Positions 1-7,279 of a stretch of DNA of 24,000 nt are shown here, piece after piece. The notes under the pieces were generated by a model. The model had not been told where the DNA came from. It saw only the letters and a list, made by a program, of their open reading frames with translations, and searched no databases. The DNA comes from Thermococcus aggregans (lineage in GTDB: Archaea > Methanobacteriota_B > Thermococci > Thermococcales > Thermococcaceae), in the NCBI RefSeq assembly GCF_024022995.1, contig NZ_CP099582.1, positions 1,453,054 through 1,477,053 on the forward strand, given 5' to 3'. Both the position numbers and the translations under genes were made by a program. Position 1 is the stretch's first letter, and every line of letters starts with the position of its first letter.

Positions 1-72
1 AAAAAGGGAGCTTGAAATGCTAAAAAGGGTTCTCAGCTGATTCCAAAAATTTATATATGTAATCTTGACTCA

Positions 73-705
73 ATGTCAAATGGTGAAAAGATGAGAATAG
101 ATAATATAATTGCCAAGCTGGCATCAGTAGGTGCTGATTTAAGCACAAGAAATGCAATAAAAATGGCACTCTCTCTAATAAGCGAGGACGAGGAGCTCAC
201 TGATCAAATCTATGTGGAAATAAAGAATAAAGCGTACAAAGAAGACTTTGCAAAAGTTCCGGTCGAAAAGCGGGCCGTGTTCATCCCTCAGTGTCTAAGG
301 AATGTAAAAGAATGCCCGGCCGAGTTTGGAGAATATGGATGGAAGTGTACAAAATGCGGAAAATGCGCAATAGGCGAGATAATCGAATATGGAGAGAAAC
401 TCGGCTATAAGCAGTTCTATATAGTCCCAGGGGGAAGTTTAGTAAAGAAGATACTGAAGGAGAAAGTCCCCAAGGGTGAAATAAAAGCCGCACTGGGGAT
501 AGCGTGCTGGCCCGAGCTTGCCGAAGCCGGTGAAAAGCTCTCCATACTGAAAATTCCTCTTCAAGCCGTGCCATTATTGAGGGCCGGGTGCATAAACACC
601 ATCGTTGACATAGAAAGGGTTAAGGCAGCTCTGGGAATCGGTCTTAAACAAGAAAACAAAAGTCCAGTATTTTCAACCGACGTAAATCCACAACCAACTC
701 CCTAG
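73..705 (+). CDS. DUF116-family Cys-rich protein (function unknown)
   Basis: 210-aa ORF with the Cys cluster CLRNVKECP..WKCTKCGKCAIGE, then GYKQFYIVPGG and ACWPEL, a pattern I recognise as DUF116. TTTATATA TATA-like box at 50-57. An alternative start is ATG 91, preceded by GGTGA at 82-86, and may be the true start. Confidence 0.6.
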   Translation: MSNGEKMRIDNIIAKLASVGADLSTRNAIKMALSLISEDEELTDQIYVEIKNKAYKEDFAKVPVEKRAVFIPQCLRNVKECPAEFGEYGWKCTKCGKCAIGEIIEYGEKLGYKQFYIVPGGSLVKKILKEKVPKGEIKAALGIACWPELAEAGEKLSILKIPLQAVPLLRAGCINTIVDIERVKAALGIGLKQENKSPVFSTDVNPQPTP

Positions 706-1541
706 CGGTTTTCATTTCTTATCTCATTCCAGATCGCAATCAATATCAACAATGCCCCAAGATAGCCTTTCAAGGTTAAAACTTCCCCAATAGTCAAAAG
801 CGCTGAGATATGCCCAAAAATCGGTTCGGCAGAATAGATAAGTGCTGCTTTGTGGGCTTTTGTTTCTCTCTGATACTTTATTTGGAGTGTAAACGCAACC
901 ACTGTCGCGAAAACTCCGGTGTAGAGGATACCAACCCAAGGTGCCACTTCCCTTGGCAGTACAAATCCCTCAAAAATCAGAGCATAAACCGTCGAGAATA
1001 CAAAATTCCAAAAGATCTGCCAAAAGGCAAGGCTAATATAATCTTTTTCTCCAAACTTCTGAACGAGGACTATTTGAAATGCAAACGAAACTGCACACAG
1101 GACTGTCAAAAAATCTCCGTAGTTAAAGCTCAAGCTGGTCCCCGAAATCAAGTAGAGACCAATAAGAGCTACCGCAAGCGATATGACATCTTTGAACTTA
1201 AGCCTGTCCTGAAGAATAAAGTATGCTATAAAGGGTGTAAAGACGACGTAGAGCGAAGTAATAAATGCGGAGTTTGAGGCAGTGGTGTATTTAAGCCCTA
1301 CTATCTGGAATCCATGACCGAAAAAAAGAGTTGCTCCCAAAATAAGCCCTTCAAAGAGTGTTTCCTTTGCTAAGGCTCTCTTCCTGAAAACAAGGAGCAT
1401 AAGAAGAGAAGCTACTCCGAAACGGTATACCAAGAATAAAATCGGAGGAATATAGTCAAGGCTAACCTTCATTGCCGGAAATGTAAATCCCCAAATGGCA
1501 GTGATTCCAAGGAGTATTATTTCAGCGCGGTTCACATTCAT
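702..1541 (-). CDS. EamA/DMT-superfamily permease
   Basis: 279 aa, almost entirely hydrophobic helices (about 10) in two similar halves, typical of the EamA duplication. An AT-rich TATA-like stretch at 1556-1571 lies at a distance compatible with a leaderless or near-leaderless start at 1541. Confidence 0.8.
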   Translation of the reverse strand: MNVNRAEIILLGITAIWGFTFPAMKVSLDYIPPILFLVYRFGVASLLMLLVFRKRALAKETLFEGLILGATLFFGHGFQIVGLKYTTASNSAFITSLYVVFTPFIAYFILQDRLKFKDVISLAVALIGLYLISGTSLSFNYGDFLTVLCAVSFAFQIVLVQKFGEKDYISLAFWQIFWNFVFSTVYALIFEGFVLPREVAPWVGILYTGVFATVVAFTLQIKYQRETKAHKAALIYSAEPIFGHISALLTIGEVLTLKGYLGALLILIAIWNEIRNENR

Positions 1542-1658
1542 AATAGAGTTCGTACCTTTATAAGTTTTTAACCAGATTGCTCAAGTTTTTGCTTTGAGCA
1601 GTGCATTATTCATAATTGTTATATAGAGAGCAGTGCAATACTAATTTTAGGTGATAGC
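1542..1658. promoter_or_regulatory. Divergent promoter/operator region between the permease gene and the polyferredoxin-oxidoreductase operon
   Basis: TATA-like TTATATAG at 1619-1626. 7-bp perfect inverted repeat TGCTCAA (1578-1584) / TTGAGCA (1594-1600). 10-bp direct repeat GAGCAGTGCA at 1596-1605 and 1628-1637, flanking the TATA box. SD GGTGAT at 1650-1655. Confidence 0.4.
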
Positions 1659-2189
1659 ATGGGTGAGGAAAATAAGGAAGAGAGGATATGGATTCTGGTA
1701 ACTCCTGAGAGGTGTAGCGGTTGCAGGTTGTGCGAAGTCACTTGTTCTCTGGAGCACGAGGGAATAATATGGCCAGAAGCTTCGAGAATAAGAGTTTTTG
1801 AAATGCTCCCCGGCATTAACATCCCACACACCTGTGTCCAATGTCCCGACTACCCGTGCGTTGAGGCATGTAAATTCGGTGCTCTAAGCGTTGATGAAAA
1901 AACCGGCGCGGTGCTTGTGAACGAAGAAAAATGTACCGAGTGCGGGGCATGTGTTCTTGCCTGTCCCGGCAACGTCCCGAGGATTCCAGCCGGCAAGGGT
2001 AGTGTAGTCATATGCGACCTCTGTGGAGGAGAGCCAAAGTGTGTCGAGGTCTGCCACGAAGCGGGGCACGATGCGTTAAAACTCGTCAGGGGAGACTACA
2101 GACCCATTTTCAGGACGTTCGCCAAAGACCCCCTGGAGAAGAGCTCCGACGTGGCAAAAAAGGTCTTTGGGGAGGAGTTCCTGGGGTGA
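1659..2189 (+). CDS. Polyferredoxin with four [4Fe-4S] motifs, electron-transfer partner of the downstream AOR-family enzyme
   Basis: Four Cys motifs: CSGCRLCEVTC, CVQCPDYPCVEAC, CTECGACVLACP and CDLCGGEPKCVEVC. GGTGATAGCATG start context. Its stop codon lies inside the SD of the next gene. Confidence 0.85.
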   Translation: MGEENKEERIWILVTPERCSGCRLCEVTCSLEHEGIIWPEASRIRVFEMLPGINIPHTCVQCPDYPCVEACKFGALSVDEKTGAVLVNEEKCTECGACVLACPGNVPRIPAGKGSVVICDLCGGEPKCVEVCHEAGHDALKLVRGDYRPIFRTFAKDPLEKSSDVAKKVFGEEFLG

Positions 2190-2193
2190 TAGC

Positions 2194-4068
2194 ATGTACG
2201 GGTATGCTGGAAAGCTCCTTGATGTTGACCTGACCAGGGAGAAAGTCAGGGAAGTCGAGCTGGACGAGGAAATCTTGAGGAAGTTCTACGGTGGGAGAGG
2301 GCTCGGCACCTATATACTCTGGAAGGAGCTGGGGGAGAAGTGGGAAAAGGTTGACCCCCTCGGCGAGGAGAACCTTCTCCTTATCCTCACCGGCCCGCTG
2401 ACAGGCTACTACCCCGGCATGAAGACCGCTGTAGTGTCAAAGTCTCCAGAGAGCAACGGTGTCGTTGGGAGCGTTTTAAGCAGTGAAGTTGGCCTAGAAC
2501 TTAAAGCGAGCGGCTACGACGGGATAATCATCAGGGGAAAGGCCAAGAGCCCCGTCTATCTGTTTGTCCACAACGACACCGTTGAGATAAGGGACGCGGG
2601 CAAATACTGGGGTATGGGTGGAGTTGAGCTCCACAAGACCCTCCTGAAGGAAGTCCACGAGGAGATAAGGAAGAAGGAGAAGCTGAAGGGCGTTCCCAAG
2701 GAGCCCGCGATGATGTACATCGGCAGGGCCGGCGAAAACCAGGTTCGCTACGCCGCGATAATGACAAAGCTCATGCACGCGGCTGGTTACGGAGGCTACG
2801 GGGCGGTCATGGGCAGCAAGAACCTAAAGGCTATCCTCGTGAAGGGAAGCAAGTCCCTGCCGGAGGTTCACGACAGGGAGAAAATGAAGTCCCTGCTGGG
2901 GGAGTTCTGGAAAGAGCTGTTCTCCATGACGACCTTCAGGGAGTGGGGCACCGGGGCCGGTGGCTACAGTGTTGGCCACGACAGGTCGAGCGAGCCCATA
3001 AGGAACTGGCAGGAGGAGTACCACGACGACGAGAAGATCAGCGTTGTCAACTTTGAAAACAAGGCCTGGATAAAGAAGTACTGGGCCGACTACGGCTGTC
3101 CTGTAAACTGTATGAAGATTTCATACCTCCGCTATGGCCCGTACAAGGGCTCGATAACAGACGCGCCCGACTACGAGCTCATGGCCTACATGGGCACCAA
3201 CCTCGGCATATTTGAGCCAGAGAAGATCGTCTACCTCTCCTACCTGGTTGACGAGCTCGGCCTGGACGGCATAAACGCGGGCAACGTCCTTGGCTTTGCC
3301 GCGGAACTCTACCAGCGCGGAATCCTTACGGAGGAAGACATAGGCTTCAAGCTCGAATGGGGCGACGAGAAGGCCTTTGCAAAGCTCCTGCACCTCATAG
3401 CTGAGAGGAAGGGAATAGGTGAGATACTCGCCGAAGGAACTTACAGGGCTGCGCTGAAGATTTCAGAGATGAAGGGAGTAGATGCTACCAGGTATGCAGT
3501 CCACGTAAAGGGCATCGGCGTCGGCGCCCACGGCGTAAGGAGCGAGCTCGACTACACGAGGGACATCAGCTACGCCGTCTCTGTCCAGGGAGGAGACCAC
3601 ACCTCGACAGCCGCCCTTCCGGCGAAGAGCTACGAAGGGGAGATAGTGAACGCGTTCTACGACTCCGCAGTAGTCTGTATGTTCGTTACAAAACCCGGCT
3701 TCGAGAAAATCCTTGAGTTCGGAAACGCACTAACAGGCTTTGACCTCACGCCGGAGAAGTGGTTCAACGAGACCGGCCTGAGGATAATTCACCTCCAGAG
3801 GATCCTGCTCCTCCTCGGGGGGCCGGACGTCTACTGGGACCCGAGGAAGGACGACGACAACCCGCCGAGGTTCTACGAGCCCCTCCCGAGCGGGCCGGCG
3901 AAAGGAAAGGCCCCAAGCATGGAGGACATAAAGGTCAAGGTAAAGCAGTACTACGAGGAGATTGGCTACGACGAAAACGGCATTCCGAAGGAGGAGGTAC
4001 TGGAGGAGCTCGGGCTTGGAGAGGCGAAGAGGGAAGTCCGGAGAATCAAAAAGCGCCTAAGTCTTTAA
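2194..4068 (+). CDS. Tungsten-type aldehyde:ferredoxin oxidoreductase family protein (WOR5-like by pairing with a polyferredoxin)
   Basis: N-terminus MYGYAGKLLDVDLT..YGGRGLG..LTGPLTG is characteristic of the AOR family. About 624 aa. I chose ATG 2194 over the ORF-track start at 2167 because GGTGAT lies at 2185-2190 and the upstream gene stops at 2187-2189. Confidence 0.9.
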   Translation: MYGYAGKLLDVDLTREKVREVELDEEILRKFYGGRGLGTYILWKELGEKWEKVDPLGEENLLLILTGPLTGYYPGMKTAVVSKSPESNGVVGSVLSSEVGLELKASGYDGIIIRGKAKSPVYLFVHNDTVEIRDAGKYWGMGGVELHKTLLKEVHEEIRKKEKLKGVPKEPAMMYIGRAGENQVRYAAIMTKLMHAAGYGGYGAVMGSKNLKAILVKGSKSLPEVHDREKMKSLLGEFWKELFSMTTFREWGTGAGGYSVGHDRSSEPIRNWQEEYHDDEKISVVNFENKAWIKKYWADYGCPVNCMKISYLRYGPYKGSITDAPDYELMAYMGTNLGIFEPEKIVYLSYLVDELGLDGINAGNVLGFAAELYQRGILTEEDIGFKLEWGDEKAFAKLLHLIAERKGIGEILAEGTYRAALKISEMKGVDATRYAVHVKGIGVGAHGVRSELDYTRDISYAVSVQGGDHTSTAALPAKSYEGEIVNAFYDSAVVCMFVTKPGFEKILEFGNALTGFDLTPEKWFNETGLRIIHLQRILLLLGGPDVYWDPRKDDDNPPRFYEPLPSGPAKGKAPSMEDIKVKVKQYYEEIGYDENGIPKEEVLEELGLGEAKREVRRIKKRLSL

Positions 4069-4139
4069 CCTTTTCTTTTAAACCTCTGGTTTTGGTGGAC
4101 TTTTTAAGGCTTTACTGCCAAAAATATAACGGTGATGTT

Positions 4140-4571
4140 ATGGTCGAGTACAAAGACATGGTTATAAAAGTTACGGGGGAGAGGCTCTCCCCGACCAAGA
4201 TGAAGGTTAAAGCCGGAGATTTTGAGATAGTGATGGACAAGCTCGGCGGAGAGGCTCCGAGCCCAATAGACTACGTTCTTGCCGCCCTCGCCGGCTGTAT
4301 AAACATAGTCGCGACCCTTGTTGCCAAGGACATGGGGATAAACATCGAAGACCTGAGCGTTGAGGTCGAGGGCGTCTTCAACCCGGGAAAGCTCTACGGC
4401 AAGGGAGACCAGAGGGCTGGATACAAGGAGATAAGGGCCAAGGTTAAGGTGAAGACCGACGCGGACGAGGAGACCCTCAAGAAGTGGCTTGAACAGGTTG
4501 AGGAGCGCTGTCCGGTTAGCGATAATTTGACCAACCCAACTCCAGTAAAGGTTGAATTTGAAAAGTGCTGA
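4140..4571 (+). CDS. OsmC/Ohr-family peroxiredoxin-like protein
   Basis: 143 aa with SPIDYVLAALAGC..ERCPVS, the two conserved Cys contexts of the OsmC family. GGTGAT at 4131-4136 lies before ATG 4140. The longer ORF from 3759 overlaps the AOR gene out of frame. Confidence 0.85.
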   Translation: MVEYKDMVIKVTGERLSPTKMKVKAGDFEIVMDKLGGEAPSPIDYVLAALAGCINIVATLVAKDMGINIEDLSVEVEGVFNPGKLYGKGDQRAGYKEIRAKVKVKTDADEETLKKWLEQVEERCPVSDNLTNPTPVKVEFEKC

Positions 4572-4613
4572 AAGTTTTTAAACATTTATTTTTACCCTTT
4601 TCTGGTGGGAATA

Positions 4614-4940
4614 ATGTGGCGCGAAAAGCTTAAGCAGGGCTTTCTTGAAAACGAGGAGCTCTTGATTGAGCTTAGCATAGGAGGAGAATGTGAAGAATGG
4701 TTCCCGAGCCTAGCTTTATATGATAAGGAGAAAGACGTGTGGTACTATTTTGATACCGACATTCCTCCCGGAGCAACAGAAGAGGAAGCATTAGAGAATG
4801 CACTCGAGTTCTTTGAAAAGCTGATTATAGGCTTAGAAAAACCCAAAATAAAGGTCTCACCATCAAAAGAAGCTCCCGAGGAAATATACATAAAGCTAAG
4901 GAGATTTCTGGAGGAACTCAAGAATGAAGATAAAGGTTAA
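4614..4940 (+). CDS. Hypothetical acidic protein (weak HicB/UPF0150-like motif PPGATEEEALENALEFFEKL)
   Basis: The ORF opens at GTG 4605, but GGTGGG at 4603-4608 favours ATG 4614. It overlaps the next gene by 17 nt, suggesting co-translation. No confident family assignment. Confidence 0.5.
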   Translation: MWREKLKQGFLENEELLIELSIGGECEEWFPSLALYDKEKDVWYYFDTDIPPGATEEEALENALEFFEKLIIGLEKPKIKVSPSKEAPEEIYIKLRRFLEELKNEDKG

Positions 4941-5184
4941 GCTCTACGGGGAGCTCGCCCTAAAACACGGTGCAGAGGTCGAAATAGAGATTGAAGGAGA
5001 AGCAACCGTTAGAGATGTCCTTAAAATCTTGAGAATAAGCAAGTCGGAGCACCATTTAATTTTGAATGAAAGGAAAGTCTCGAAAGATCATCCAATAAGG
5101 GATGGCGATACCTTAAAGGTACTCCCGGTAGTTTATGGAGGGCTATTCTCCCAAGCCCACGTCTTCTCCAAATGTGAGCGTTAG
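4924..5184 (+). CDS. MoaD/ThiS-like ubiquitin-fold protein with a C-terminal extension after the diglycine
   Basis: 86 aa. MKIKVKLYGELA...ATVRDVL...DGDTLKVLPVVYGG fits the beta-grasp sulfur-carrier pattern. GG is at residues 72-73 and is followed by LFSQAHVFSKCER. GGAGGA at 4909-4914. Confidence 0.6.
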   Translation: MKIKVKLYGELALKHGAEVEIEIEGEATVRDVLKILRISKSEHHLILNERKVSKDHPIRDGDTLKVLPVVYGGLFSQAHVFSKCER

Positions 5185-5424
5185 GTAAAGCTCTACAACA
5201 CCTTTTTCTATATTCTCCAGAATTTTCTCTTCAAGTCTTTCTACTTCCTCCGGAGAAAGGCGTCTCCCTTTCTCCAAGACTTTTATTTCCCAGTTCAACC
5301 TGTCAAATACAATCGTTCTCTCCTCAATTACAAGGGGAACGTACCTTATTCTAATCCCATAAAGCTCTTCTGCATAACCCGCTTTACGGTCTATCTCCTC
5401 CAGATATGGTTTCAGCTTCTCCAT
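5143..5424 (-). CDS. Hypothetical protein (93 aa, Glu/Lys-rich)
   Basis: An SD (GGTGG) lies 4 nt before the ATG on the minus strand. It converges on and overlaps the 3' tail of the Ubl gene. No recognisable family. Confidence 0.5.
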   Translation of the reverse strand: MEKLKPYLEEIDRKAGYAEELYGIRIRYVPLVIEERTIVFDRLNWEIKVLEKGRRLSPEEVERLEEKILENIEKGVVELYLTLTFGEDVGLGE

Positions 5425-5479
5425 AAAACCACCGCAACTCTTAATACTTACCTCAACTTTAAACCTTTAGGGTGATTAG

Positions 5480-7279
5480 ATGTACCAGAAGTTTGGATAC
5501 CATTTTCATGCTTATCAGCCGGGAGATATCATCTATATTCACGATGGCTCTGGATGGGACCCTATAAAATATTCGGAACGACTAAGCCCAGTGTCGCTGA
5601 AAATAAGAGACATAGAAGTAAAATCCAGAAACTGGACAAGAACCATTATTAAGGCATATGAATACACCAGTGATGCTTTAGGGTCTCTTAAGCCTCGGAG
5701 CGTGAGTGTCGATTTCGAGCCGTTCACACTTTACATGATTCTCAGGTACAAGCCAAGGATATATGGAGAAATAGTTGACCTGCTCATGAATAAAGTCGAG
5801 CCCGTTCCTACAACGCCTTTCCATCCGATAATGCCCCACCTCAGCACTTTCGAGCAGGAAATCCTTGCGAGAATTTCCTTTGATTTTTATGAACCTTTCA
5901 TCAAAGATAGGGATGTTGTTGGCTACTGGCTTCCAGAAAACGTCATAACACGGGAAACCGCCAAAATTGTTGCTGAGTCGACTCAAAAGGAAATACTATT
6001 TCTCTTGGACGAGAGGCAGTTCGTTGGTCTTCACTTTCCCCAAGCGAAGTTCTCCTGCAACACCTACAAATGCGACGGCAAAATAGTCTATGTCTTCGGA
6101 AGGGATCACCAGCTGAGCGATGCTTTTGCATTCAACACCCTTGACGTTGATGGCCTTGTGAGGGCAGTTGTAGAGGGAAGAGTAGACGTCTTCAAGGAGA
6201 ACTCTGAGATTCCATACTTGGTTTACCTAGCTAGCGACCTGGAGGCTTTATTGAGCAACCCGCAGCAGCTGGATAAGTTCCTAAGCTGGGTCTCAAAGCT
6301 TGAAGAGAGGGGAGTTGAAGTAATAAACGCGGTGGACTTCATTAGAAAGAAGAAAACTGGAGAGTTCAAAAAGCTGGAAGGGGAATGCAGTGAACACTTT
6401 AGGATAAACATCAAAGATTACTCAAGCTGGAGCGACTATTACGACTTAAGCATTGACGGAAGGACGAGCGACATAAGATGGCTCGGCATGAGAAGAGAGG
6501 ACGGTAAGGTAGTCAACCGCATCTACAAGGGCAAGAAAGTTTCACAGCTCTGGAAATACGCTTTTACAAAGCTGTTCAGAGAGCTCAACAGGAGTATACG
6601 CTTTGGTGTAATTGATCTAATCCATAAATATCTTCCAGAGGCAAGTATCGAGAATATAAAGGAATTTCTAGTAAGATATGCGAGGATATTTTTCAGGGAG
6701 CACTACGAATACTTTGAAATGGACACTACAGTCGAGTACGTAATGGAGCCTCTAAAAGACCTCGACCCAACGTTAGCCCTAAAGCTGGGGAGGATATACT
6801 ACATGATGCTTCTAGCAAACCACTCAGATCCAAGATTCTGGGAAAACATAGACACAAGGGTAACCTTTGGAAACGTCTCTGCAATCAGCAAGGCCCTAAT
6901 AGAACTCATGAAAGTTTACATCGAAGAGAACATGCACGAAAGAGCCAATTACCTCTTCCTCGAATACATGAAGCTCCTTGCATTCCCTCAGCTCTACTAT
7001 GATTATGAGCTTTTCAAGATGCCGGGGCTTGAGGGATGGGAGACAACAGAAAAAGCATGGTTTGAGAGCCTGAAGAGTGAGGTTCCAAACTGCGATTACA
7101 ACGTAGTAACAAGGGCAGCCCTTTACGTTGGAAAAGAGGATCTCCCAGAGGACATAAGAAATGCCTTGGAGGTGCTCTACGACTTCAAAAAAGCGGTTGC
7201 AGATACCGGGCATATCTCGGGAGAACTGCACGGAAACTGGGAAAACAAGGAATGGTGCGAACACAGGGCTAAGGTTTAG
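5480..7279 (+). CDS. GH57-like glycoside hydrolase family protein (DUF3536-type architecture suspected)
   Basis: 599 aa. GGTGAT + TAG + ATG start context. Motifs resemble GH57 conserved regions: GYHFHAYQP (HxHxxQP), GYWLPENV (candidate nucleophile Glu), LASDLEAL (candidate acid/base Asp) and SSWSDYYD. The coding call is strong and the function call is moderate. Confidence 0.5.
   Translation: MYQKFGYHFHAYQPGDIIYIHDGSGWDPIKYSERLSPVSLKIRDIEVKSRNWTRTIIKAYEYTSDALGSLKPRSVSVDFEPFTLYMILRYKPRIYGEIVDLLMNKVEPVPTTPFHPIMPHLSTFEQEILARISFDFYEPFIKDRDVVGYWLPENVITRETAKIVAESTQKEILFLLDERQFVGLHFPQAKFSCNTYKCDGKIVYVFGRDHQLSDAFAFNTLDVDGLVRAVVEGRVDVFKENSEIPYLVYLASDLEALLSNPQQLDKFLSWVSKLEERGVEVINAVDFIRKKKTGEFKKLEGECSEHFRINIKDYSSWSDYYDLSIDGRTSDIRWLGMRREDGKVVNRIYKGKKVSQLWKYAFTKLFRELNRSIRFGVIDLIHKYLPEASIENIKEFLVRYARIFFREHYEYFEMDTTVEYVMEPLKDLDPTLALKLGRIYYMMLLANHSDPRFWENIDTRVTFGNVSAISKALIELMKVYIEENMHERANYLFLEYMKLLAFPQLYYDYELFKMPGLEGWETTEKAWFESLKSEVPNCDYNVVTRAALYVGKEDLPEDIRNALEVLYDFKKAVADTGHISGELHGNWENKEWCEHRAKV

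Noticed and set aside
810-1277. 155-aa plus-strand ORF (and 724-939 minus) inside the permease gene
   Set aside because: It is antisense or out of frame within a well-supported membrane-protein ORF. Its composition is Lys/Arg/Cys-rich shadow sequence with no start signals.
1650-2196. GGTGATAGCATG repeated at 1650-1661 and 2185-2196, considered as a TrmB/TGM-like (GTGATA) operator half-site
   Set aside because: Both copies are simply an SD (GGTGAT) plus a 3-nt spacer plus ATG at two gene starts. No TATCAC partner half-site is present.
3759-4139. Long N-terminal extension of the OsmC ORF (Arg/Gly/Pro-rich, 270-aa version)
   Set aside because: It overlaps the 3' end of the AOR-family gene out of frame and has low-complexity composition typical of an off-frame read of GC-rich coding DNA. 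A GGTGAT SD precedes ATG 4140.
4069-4139. Search for C/D-box sRNAs or tRNAs in the intergenic gaps (4069-4139, 4572-4613, 5425-5479, 11604-12126, 19232-19440)
   Set aside because: I found no paired RUGAUGA / CUGA boxes and no cloverleaf-like complementarity by eye. The gaps are better explained by T-rich terminators, TATA boxes and SD sites.
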